Shown here: positions 36,993 to 44,849 of the stretch, piece by piece
Layout: each line of letters begins with the position of its first letter
Numbering within the stretch: position 1 is the stretch's first letter
From: a virus
Direction: 5' to 3' (one strand)
Virus record (IMG/VR): IMGVR_UViG_3300044769_000068
Coordinates: 36,620-100,619 of that record
DNA length: 64,000 nucleotides
Position numbers and translations under genes: made by a program
Notes under the pieces: generated by a model
The model's input: only the letters and a program-made list of their open reading frames with translations
Databases searched by the model: none
What the model was told of the DNA's origin: nothing

Positions 36993-37955
36993 ATGTCTCT
37001 TATTAAAGTGATGGAAGATCTTATCGCAAAAGCCCAGGGTTATGATACCAAGCACACGGGCTCTGGCGGTCCTGCTGAGGCGGTAGCACACTCAGTGCAG
37101 GGCGCTCCTTCGGGCGATGAAAGCAAGAAGGAAAAGAATGCGGCCAATTCTGGAACGCATATCAAGAGTGGCGGCACGCCTGGTTCAAGCAATCGACCTG
37201 AAGGCGGGGAAGATTTCAAGGACGGCGGAGCTGCTGAAGACGAAATTCAGACGCCTAAGGGTTCTGGTGGAAGGGCTCCTCAAGCTCGTCCCGGCACAAT
37301 TAAGCACGAAGGTGGTCAGGGTGGTGCAACACTCTCTGCCAAGTCTGAAGGCGAAGCCGATCTCGAAAAGGGATTCCCTCCTGCTGAAAAGAAGGATGAC
37401 GACAAGGGCTCCGACGAAAAGGGCGAATCAAAGGAAGATGAAAAGAAGGAACACGAAGGCGGAGATGACAAGGACGACAAGGATGAAAAGTCCGAGAAGT
37501 CAGTCGAGTCCGGTGAAGTTCTTCTTGATATCGATGAGTTCGCAACAGAAATTACAAAGTCAGTAACCGAAAAGGTTCTTGCTTTTATGGAAGAAAAGTT
37601 CGGCGAAACAGTTCAGAAATCAAAGGATTCAGAATACATCGAAGCAGGGTTGGCTAAGTCAATTGCCGCCACGCTTGATAGAGTTGAAGAACTCGAAAAG
37701 GCAGTTGTTAATGTAGCTAACGCTATGAATATTAGAAAGTCACTTCTCAAGTCATCTGACAACATCAAGGGAATTGACAACCCATCTCTTAACAAGACTT
37801 CTTTGACTAAGAGTGAGGTTTCTAGTAAGCTGCTCGACATGCAAATGTCCGGCCAGTTCGGTGTAGACACAAATATGGTTCTCAAATTTGACGGCACGGG
37901 CGATTACTCAGTACTGCCCCCAGTAGTCAAAAGCAAACTTGGCATAGAAGAATAA
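36993..37955 (+). CDS. Putative capsid scaffold protein
   Basis: Lies between protease and MCP; acidic and low-complexity with a coiled coil and many K[S/A] sites. Confidence 0.72.
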   Translation: MSLIKVMEDLIAKAQGYDTKHTGSGGPAEAVAHSVQGAPSGDESKKEKNAANSGTHIKSGGTPGSSNRPEGGEDFKDGGAAEDEIQTPKGSGGRAPQARPGTIKHEGGQGGATLSAKSEGEADLEKGFPPAEKKDDDKGSDEKGESKEDEKKEHEGGDDKDDKDEKSEKSVESGEVLLDIDEFATEITKSVTEKVLAFMEEKFGETVQKSKDSEYIEAGLAKSIAATLDRVEELEKAVVNVANAMNIRKSLLKSSDNIKGIDNPSLNKTSLTKSEVSSKLLDMQMSGQFGVDTNMVLKFDGTGDYSVLPPVVKSKLGIEE

Positions 37956-37982
37956 TAGTTCACTCAGGAGGAACGCTAAACA

Positions 37983-39446
37983 ATGGATGAAGTACAGGGT
38001 TTTGGATTAGGATCCATGCAGGATGTCCAGGCCATTAACAAGGCCGTTGACTCGTTGTATAACGCGGGCACGGGAACCGGTTTGGCAGCTGGAGCTTCTT
38101 TTGGTTCCGACAATTATGGTAGCACTGGTGCGCAGTCCCTCAGAGTTGAATCTCTGGACTCGTCACTCAAGGTTATCACGTTCACTGATAAGCACATCAA
38201 CTTCTGGAAAGACATTCCGAAGTCACCTGCTTATTCAACGGTTGAAGAATACAACCAGTTAACCTCTTACGGCTCGCAGACGGGCGGATTTGTTTCTGAA
38301 GGCGAATTGCCATATCAGACAAACTCCGACTACGCCAGACGAGCAGCTCTGGTCAAGTTCGTTGGAACGACCAGATCAGTAAGCCACCCATTAACCTTGG
38401 TCCGTACGATGGTTCCTGATGTTATTGCGCAGGAAAACTCAAATGGTATCATGTGGATGCTCCGCCAGATTGAAAATTCTCTCTTCTGGGGCAACGATGT
38501 GGGTCTTACGGGTGAATACGTGGAATGGGCGGGCCTTGATAAGCTTCTTGGCGTAGGTCCAAACACGACTTCCGGTACAGGCGCTGGTAACACCTTCGAC
38601 CTCCGCGGAACAACTTTCTCCTCAACTCCTTTCACGACAATCGTCAATGACTTGGCACAGACAGTAGTTGATAACTTCGGTTTCCCAACTGACATTTATC
38701 TTCCATTCCCTGTCCTTGCAAAGATCAACGAAGAGTTCGCTGGAACCGCTGCACAGAGAGTAATTCTCCCAACAGCCTCTGGTAATACTCAGGTCAACAT
38801 TAACATTGACGGCCTTATGACTCAGGCTGGTCGAGTTAATCTCAAGCCAACCTTCTTCTTGCAGAAGACAAGAGTAGTTCCTGGTGCCGGTGACGGCGCT
38901 GCTAAGGTTCTTAAGTCTGGCGCTCTTGCGGTCGGAGGTACTTCTGTCACTATGTCAGCTGCAGGTACTCCTACAACTGGCTACTCAGTGGCTGCTGGTG
39001 ACTATGAAGGATCAGTCACTTTCAGAAACAAGTATGGTGAATCCGGCTCCGTCGCTCAGGGCGGTGGTACAATCACCACAAGCGGAACTAACACTCTTAG
39101 ATTCGCTATCACAGCTCCTCCAACCGATGCAGAATTCGTAGACCTCTTCATCACTCAGGTCGACGACGCTGCTGGCGTGAAGTATTGGGTTCAGACAATG
39201 GCCCTTACTACAATAGCTGCAGGCCCAACTAACTACGATTACAATGGTATTCGTATGCCTAACACCTATACCTGCTTCATCGGCCAGATGACTCCTGACG
39301 TTCTTACCTTCCGTCAGTTGGCTCCGCTGGTAAAGATGGATCTAGCAACGATCGCTCCGGCTTACAAGTGGATGATCCTGCTCTACGGTGTTCCTGTTCT
39401 CTTCGCTCCTTTGAAGTGGACCAGAGTTATTAACGTAAAGTATTAA
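37983..39446 (+). CDS. Major capsid protein
   Basis: LRVESLDSSLK, STVEEYNQ, FVSEGELP, IENSLFWG, LAPLVKMDLA; Herelleviridae-like pattern; strong GGAGG RBS. Confidence 0.93.
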   Translation: MDEVQGFGLGSMQDVQAINKAVDSLYNAGTGTGLAAGASFGSDNYGSTGAQSLRVESLDSSLKVITFTDKHINFWKDIPKSPAYSTVEEYNQLTSYGSQTGGFVSEGELPYQTNSDYARRAALVKFVGTTRSVSHPLTLVRTMVPDVIAQENSNGIMWMLRQIENSLFWGNDVGLTGEYVEWAGLDKLLGVGPNTTSGTGAGNTFDLRGTTFSSTPFTTIVNDLAQTVVDNFGFPTDIYLPFPVLAKINEEFAGTAAQRVILPTASGNTQVNINIDGLMTQAGRVNLKPTFFLQKTRVVPGAGDGAAKVLKSGALAVGGTSVTMSAAGTPTTGYSVAAGDYEGSVTFRNKYGESGSVAQGGGTITTSGTNTLRFAITAPPTDAEFVDLFITQVDDAAGVKYWVQTMALTTIAAGPTNYDYNGIRMPNTYTCFIGQMTPDVLTFRQLAPLVKMDLATIAPAYKWMILLYGVPVLFAPLKWTRVINVKY

Positions 39447-39504
39447 TCCTACTTTACATAACAAGAACTGACAGCATAGTTACAAACAGCAACTGAATCA
39501 TTCG

Positions 39505-39544
39505 AGGGGTCTTAATGGCACTGCTGTTAAGACCCCTTTTTTCT
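39505..39544 (+). terminator. Rho-independent terminator after the MCP
   Basis: aggggtcttaa (39505-39515) / ttaagacccct (39527-39537) followed by a T-tract. Confidence 0.8.
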
Positions 39545-39569
39545 AGACTCGTAAAAAGGAGTTTCATAA

Positions 39570-39803
39570 ATGACTCTATATCCACAACCAGGGGACACAG
39601 TCGGCGTAGGCTATGTTATGTCGTCCTTTGTTAGAGGACCCGTCGGCCTGCAAGGATATTCAGGAGACAATTCTGGCTATTCTGGCATGCAGACTTCGGG
39701 CACATCAGGTTATGGCACCTCAGGTTACTCCGGATTTTCAGGTGCAACTGGTGCTTCTGGTTACTCTGGTGTTGACGGCTCTTCTGGCTACTCTGGCTTC
39801 TAA
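39570..39803 (+). CDS. Small collagen-like protein with G-x-S-G-Y-S repeats
   Basis: AAGGAG RBS; Gly at every third residue over most of the C-terminal half. Confidence 0.8.
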   Translation: MTLYPQPGDTVGVGYVMSSFVRGPVGLQGYSGDNSGYSGMQTSGTSGYGTSGYSGFSGATGASGYSGVDGSSGYSGF

Positions 39804-39831
39804 ACGTACGACTCAAATTTGGAGGATTTAA

Positions 39832-40068
39832 ATGGGACAATATCCAGCAGCGGGTGATTCGGTAGGGTACTCCTACACGTCCCCTCTTATAGGACCACGA
39901 GGCACTTCGGGCTATAGTGGTACTCTTGGTACAAGCGGTTACTCTGGAGGCATAGGCACGTCCGGCTATTCTGGTTCTGGTAGATCTGGATATTCTGGCG
40001 TAACTGGTGCAACCGGTACTTCCGGCTACTCCGGTACCGATGGTACTTCAGGTTACTCAGGCGTCTAA
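39832..40068 (+). CDS. Small collagen-like protein with G-T-S-G-Y-S repeats (paralog of 39570)
   Basis: GGAGG RBS; shared N-terminal YP.xGD(S/T)VG motif, then Gly-X-Y repeats. Confidence 0.82.
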   Translation: MGQYPAAGDSVGYSYTSPLIGPRGTSGYSGTLGTSGYSGGIGTSGYSGSGRSGYSGVTGATGTSGYSGTDGTSGYSGV

Positions 40069-40076
40069 TAATGTGA

Positions 40077-40100
40077 AGGGGCCCTCTTACGAGGGCCCCT
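40077..40100 (+). terminator. GC-rich hairpin (terminator or stabilising stem)
   Basis: aggggccctc-ttac-gagggcccct, a perfect 10 bp stem; weak U-tract. Confidence 0.55.
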
Positions 40101-40155
40101 CGCTTTAACCTGCGGCATTCTACTTGTCGCAATTTATTGCAAGGAGACAAGCAAT

Positions 40156-40515
40156 ATGGGAAACTATTTTAGAGTCGGGAATACAGTTGTAACACTAGAA
40201 GAAAAGATGCGTCTCACACCGGCGGACGTTAAGCGATACGAAGCGGATGCTGTAATTGCGGAAGCAAAGCGCCTCGAGAATATTCGCAGATCGCAAGGAA
40301 TTGCTGCTCCGAAAAGCGTTACTCTTGATGTGACTCCGGCTGCTGTCGCTGCTCGTAAGACAGCAATTGCAGCTGAAGAAGCTAAGCTTGTAGCTGAAAC
40401 AAAAGAAGTCGAAGTTGAGCTAGGGGAACCGGGTGCTAGTTTCTTGGCGGAAGGCGAAGAGACTTCAGACGTGCAGTCAAGAAGGGGCAGAAAACCTAAA
40501 CAAGCAACTGTATAA
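40156..40515 (+). CDS. Hypothetical protein
   Basis: AAGGAG RBS; basic C-terminus RRGRKPK. Confidence 0.8.
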   Translation: MGNYFRVGNTVVTLEEKMRLTPADVKRYEADAVIAEAKRLENIRRSQGIAAPKSVTLDVTPAAVAARKTAIAAEEAKLVAETKEVEVELGEPGASFLAEGEETSDVQSRRGRKPKQATV

Positions 40516-40552
40516 TTCAATTAAATAAACATAATGACATAGTTAGGAGCTA

Positions 40553-40942
40553 GTGATGGCTGATGTGACTGGGGCTCATACTACGTTTCATCCCGTAGTG
40601 TCTCAAAATACTGAATCGGTTCTAAGACATAGGGCTAGATTTCAAACTAGTTCAGGCAGCAAGATCAATTTGCCTCTCATTACTGGAACTAGATACATTA
40701 TATATTCAGCGTATACTGCTGGAAAGCAGCTTACAATTGGTATCTCTACTGACGGCACTAATTATGTCAGCGGCAAGACTTACTTCGATTTCTCTCAGGC
40801 AGCAGGCCCTGTTGACTTGACAAAATTCTTTTCTTCAACTCCCTTTACTCAATACACACCGCCAACAGCTACTGACGTTTATTTGCTCATCAAAACTGAT
40901 GCTGGCGAATTCACTGTTTCTATCGTTGAGTACAAAGTGTAA
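40553..40942 (+). CDS. Hypothetical (possibly virion) protein
   Basis: 129 aa, beta-rich composition, AGGAG RBS. Confidence 0.75.
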   Translation: MMADVTGAHTTFHPVVSQNTESVLRHRARFQTSSGSKINLPLITGTRYIIYSAYTAGKQLTIGISTDGTNYVSGKTYFDFSQAAGPVDLTKFFSSTPFTQYTPPTATDVYLLIKTDAGEFTVSIVEYKV

Positions 40943-41529
40943 TGGCTACCAAGGAAGAACTAAAAGAGGCGGTTTCTGAATCCCTCTTAGAGGCTCTTAA
41001 AGTTGCAGAAGAAAAACAAAAAGAAAGCGACGTTGTAACAAATTCAGGCCTTAATTGGGTTCTTAATCTATTAAATAAATTGATGCCTATGGCTCTCTTA
41101 GCGCTTATGGGATGGATAGCACTCACGATAGTTGACAATCAGAAAGATTTATTGGCAATGCGTCTTCAAGTTAATGCGATGGATAATACAATGAAAACCT
41201 TCATGGATAAAGACATGAGGAAGTCGGCTACAAGTGCGCTTCTTCATCACTCAACAACAGTCAATCCTTGCAGCGGCTGTCACACGCGAAATGGAGTAGT
41301 TGTTCACACACTAGCGTCTTTGCCAAACAAGTCTCTGATGCCCGGGGATCTGTTTGAAATTAAGTGCGGGTCCTGTCACACTCTTGATAGAGTTTTGGCG
41401 ACAAAGGGAACGCATGAGAAGTGGAAATCTGTTGTTAATGAAATGAGACAGAAGAACGCTAAATGGATTTCGCCTAGAGAGGCAATAATAATAGTTGATT
41501 ATATTGATCAATTAGAGAAGCATAAATAA
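40942..41529 (+). CDS. Membrane-anchored c-type cytochrome-like protein with two CxxCH motifs
   Basis: Hydrophobic segment LMPMALLALMGWIALTIV; CSGCH and CGSCH; LF..KC..CH.LDR...W..VV..M...I..Y cytochrome c pattern. Confidence 0.8.
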   Translation: MATKEELKEAVSESLLEALKVAEEKQKESDVVTNSGLNWVLNLLNKLMPMALLALMGWIALTIVDNQKDLLAMRLQVNAMDNTMKTFMDKDMRKSATSALLHHSTTVNPCSGCHTRNGVVVHTLASLPNKSLMPGDLFEIKCGSCHTLDRVLATKGTHEKWKSVVNEMRQKNAKWISPREAIIIVDYIDQLEKHK

Positions 41530-42278
41530 TGAAGATACAGAACCTGACTCCAGATTGGCTATTAGAAACATATCTTTATAGAATTCCCATTGAGTTCGAT
41601 AATGATAGACTTTCTAATTCAGCTATTCAGTTTTATATCGACTCTGCAATTAGCAGAGCTGAAATGTTACTCGATATCTCGATTAGAAAAAAGAGCATCG
41701 AAGCTGAAACGTATGACTATCGTTTGGAAGAATGGATGGCTGGTTTTGGATTTGTTGCGCTTAATACGCGTCCTGCTATTCGTGTGACTAAAATGTCATT
41801 GAATGTTATCACTAGTGAAATAGAGATTCCAGCGGAATGGATTCAACTTAAGAAGAAATCAGCACAAGTCAATTTGATTCCTTATTACGGTATGCTGGCT
41901 TCGCAGAATATTGCAAATCAAATATTGATATTTATGCCGATGTTGTCTGCTACTAGTTATGTGCCACAGATTTTGCGAATTTCATATGAAGCTGGCTATA
42001 ACGATACTGATGACGTTCCGGATCTATTAGCTCAGCTCATTGGTATGAACGCATCAATCGGAGTAATGAATGTTCTTGGTGAAATTGCTCTTGGAGGCCA
42101 AGCTGCTTTGGCTGGTTACTCTATTGGAATTGATGGATTATCTCAATCTGTCTCTACGACGCTGTCAGCAGAAAATCATGCTTACTCGGCTAGAGTTAGA
42201 GGTTATGAAAGAGAACAAGTTGAAATAGTTAAGGCTTTACGCCAGTACTACTACGGTCTACACCTAACGAGCTGCTAA
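41529..42278 (+). CDS. Head-tail adaptor / head completion protein
   Basis: AISRAEMLLDISI, ETYDY, IGIDGLSQS pattern; position after the MCP as in SPO1/Twort-like phages. Confidence 0.7.
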   Translation: MKIQNLTPDWLLETYLYRIPIEFDNDRLSNSAIQFYIDSAISRAEMLLDISIRKKSIEAETYDYRLEEWMAGFGFVALNTRPAIRVTKMSLNVITSEIEIPAEWIQLKKKSAQVNLIPYYGMLASQNIANQILIFMPMLSATSYVPQILRISYEAGYNDTDDVPDLLAQLIGMNASIGVMNVLGEIALGGQAALAGYSIGIDGLSQSVSTTLSAENHAYSARVRGYEREQVEIVKALRQYYYGLHLTSC

Positions 42279-43084
42279 TGACGACACCAACATATCCATC
42301 TGCAGCACGAGGCGGAGCTAGAGTTCCCTTTACGCCGCTAAAAATTGACTATAATACAAAAGGCGCAATAGATCTTATCAAGAAGTACGGCAGTAGATTT
42401 GATTGGTATAGTGCTCTTGTATGCCCCTGCACGCTAAAAAGTCAGCAGGTAGAGCTAAAATTCAGACAGCTTTCTTGCGGTCTATGCAATGGAACTGGTT
42501 GGACGTTTGTATTGAATAGCGAAATAAGAATCGTCCCTTCTTCGGCTAGAAGAGAAGAACAGACTCTTACATATAGAGTTGCTGGGCAAGGCTTGATGTC
42601 TAACATTTTTGTTAATTTAACATGTGAACCACAGTACAAGGTCAATATTAGAGACAGGGTAGTCTTTAAGGAGTCTGTAACTCATAGAAGTGAAGTCGTA
42701 TTCATGGATGTTGAGAAGACTTCGTATAAGCTCATTTCGCCTGCTATAGATCTTTTGCATGTAATAGATGAAACTGGGAAACACTACAATTCAACTAGCT
42801 ATTATACGGACGATCAAGGCGTCGTAATAGAAAGTCGAGACATAAGCGTTAATGCCGATGGAGAGATTTATTGGGTTGAAGGCAAGAGAAAGCCGCCTAA
42901 TGGGATGGCCTTCACTGTACTGTATAGCTTTTTCCCGGCTTACGACGTTATAACAGCCGCGCATGAAATTAGAGGGTTTGTGGCTGGCAAGCTTGCTGAA
43001 GAAGGCGGAGTGCAGGCTTGGGAAGACTTACCAAGATTTTTTACGGGAAAATTAGTAATTCCCGATGCGTATCTGTTTGGATAA
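42278..43084 (+). CDS. Neck / head closure protein
   Basis: CPC...CGLCNGTGW motif typical of this gene position in large myophages. Confidence 0.65.
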   Translation: MTTPTYPSAARGGARVPFTPLKIDYNTKGAIDLIKKYGSRFDWYSALVCPCTLKSQQVELKFRQLSCGLCNGTGWTFVLNSEIRIVPSSARREEQTLTYRVAGQGLMSNIFVNLTCEPQYKVNIRDRVVFKESVTHRSEVVFMDVEKTSYKLISPAIDLLHVIDETGKHYNSTSYYTDDQGVVIESRDISVNADGEIYWVEGKRKPPNGMAFTVLYSFFPAYDVITAAHEIRGFVAGKLAEEGGVQAWEDLPRFFTGKLVIPDAYLFG

Positions 43085-43108
43085 CGCTAATAGAAATAGG
43101 AGCTGAAC

Positions 43109-44848
43109 ATGGAGAATAGACGAGTAATGCCGGGACTATATAAGGGCTATCCTGAAAGTCTTAAGAAAAAGGACAGCGAGGAAAGGGATCACACAGATCC
43201 TATGCACAAGCCTGAAGCGGCAGAAAAGGCTAGAGAAAAGGCCGAGGCTGCTTCTGACGAAAAGAAGGAAAAGTCCTATTCTCAAGATGATGTTACCGTT
43301 GCTTATCTCCTTAAGGGCAGATCAAACGCTCAGGAGCTGTTCGACTTAGCAAAGGCGCCCGTTATCGGTGGGTCAATTTATGCTGGCAGAACGATGCCAA
43401 AGGATCTTTCGCCTTCTGAGGGCAAAGTTATCGCAGCTCAGACAGCAAAAAAGCCGGGCGGTCTTACTGGTGGGGCTTCAGAGGAATTGAAGTCTCGTGC
43501 AGCTAAAGAAAAGCAGACGATGATGGACACAGCACAGGCTAGACTTAGAGCTCAAACAGCTGCAGTCAAGTCAGAAGAACCATATTCATTGGATTTCTCA
43601 AAGTCTATTCTTGATAAGATGGGCTTAACAAAAGCTAAGAAAGAAACTAACGAATCAGGCGAGGAATTTCAAGATGGATCAGAAGACACTATTGGCGCAG
43701 AAGGACATGCGGCCACTGCTAGACCTATTGCGCATGAGGGCGGCGGTCAAGGGCCAGACCACCCTGGTACAAAAACTAAAAGAGCATCTCAAGAAGATGG
43801 AGATCTCCAAAAATCCGACAACCTAACTGACAATCTTCCAGAAGAATTTGAGGAAGGCATTGAAGACGCTGACACGATTCCTAATGAGGATGAAAAAGCG
43901 GCAGTTGAAGGTAAGAAGTCTTTTACTTACGACGAAATGAATGCTGCTATTCTTCTCAAGTCTTCTCCATTTGCTCAAGAGATCGTTGACTTGATTAAGG
44001 CTGCTAGAGATGAAGAAGCAGCTAGGGATTACAAATATAACGCTTGGCGGAAGAGATCGGATGTTCGTGCAGCCAAATGGAAGTCAGGAATAGACGCCAC
44101 CAAGAGAGCTGTCCAGCACTTCAAGAACAAGGCTGATCTGGCTGAGGAAGACGAAGCTGGAAAGTCTGAAGGCGAAGGCGATCTTGAAAAGTCTCACACA
44201 AGTAGAGTTGGAAACGCTTCTCCAACAAAGGGCGCGGCCGGAAGACATTTCGCCCGTGAGGCACGTGAAGACCAGAAGAAGGAGGATGCAAAGTATCGCA
44301 TTCCTCGACATGCCTCTGTTTTAGGTTCTGGGGGAGAAGTGACTAACGTTAGTGACAAGGTGATTCGTGTTCGTCCAGCTCAAGGTGGCACAGTAGGATC
44401 AGAAGCTAAGATTAAATCGGTCTGTGAATTGAACAACATTCTTGAGAAGGCGGTAGAAAAAAAGCCCAAATCAAGAGGCCCAGGTATAGATTACATATCT
44501 GAAAGCAAAATGAACAAGCCTAACGTTAAAGTAACAGGCGAAAAGATGCATGGTCGAGAGATTCCTGCTAATGCTGCTCATGAAAAAGAGCTTAAGGAAG
44601 CGTCTTTACATACTGAACTAGATTCACTTCTTGAGAAGGCTAGACGCCCATCGTGGGACCCTAAGCCCAAGCATGTCGATGAAGACAAAGAAGCGTTCCA
44701 TGCCGACTCCTTATCGGGAGATGCGGGATCAAGAGAGCATGAATACAAGCGTAAGCAAGAGTTAGCGGACAAATGGCAGGCTAAAAAGAATTCTCCAGAA
44801 TTCAGAACAGCCTCTAAGATAAAGGATGCCGACGAAGGCGACGATTAA
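43109..44848 (+). CDS. Low-complexity charged protein with repeated K[S/A] modules; putative internal head polyprotein
   Basis: 30-aa repeat KSYSQDDVTVAYLLKGRSNAQELFDLAKA / KSFTYDEMNAAILLKSSPFAQEIVDLIKA; motifs shared with the scaffold. Confidence 0.6.
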   Translation: MENRRVMPGLYKGYPESLKKKDSEERDHTDPMHKPEAAEKAREKAEAASDEKKEKSYSQDDVTVAYLLKGRSNAQELFDLAKAPVIGGSIYAGRTMPKDLSPSEGKVIAAQTAKKPGGLTGGASEELKSRAAKEKQTMMDTAQARLRAQTAAVKSEEPYSLDFSKSILDKMGLTKAKKETNESGEEFQDGSEDTIGAEGHAATARPIAHEGGGQGPDHPGTKTKRASQEDGDLQKSDNLTDNLPEEFEEGIEDADTIPNEDEKAAVEGKKSFTYDEMNAAILLKSSPFAQEIVDLIKAARDEEAARDYKYNAWRKRSDVRAAKWKSGIDATKRAVQHFKNKADLAEEDEAGKSEGEGDLEKSHTSRVGNASPTKGAAGRHFAREAREDQKKEDAKYRIPRHASVLGSGGEVTNVSDKVIRVRPAQGGTVGSEAKIKSVCELNNILEKAVEKKPKSRGPGIDYISESKMNKPNVKVTGEKMHGREIPANAAHEKELKEASLHTELDSLLEKARRPSWDPKPKHVDEDKEAFHADSLSGDAGSREHEYKRKQELADKWQAKKNSPEFRTASKIKDADEGDD

Positions 44849-44849
44849 T

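Noticed and set aside
37117-37566. 149-aa alternative-frame ORF in the scaffold gene and other overlapping or antisense ORFs in the track
   Set aside because: No RBS or recognisable motifs; explained by biased codon use in low-complexity or stop-poor frames.
39570-40068. Short periodic DNA repeats that might be a CRISPR or DGR repeat
   Set aside because: They are degenerate 9/18-nt codon repeats of Gly-X-Ser in two ORFs with RBSs; there are no unique spacers and no cas or reverse transcriptase gene.
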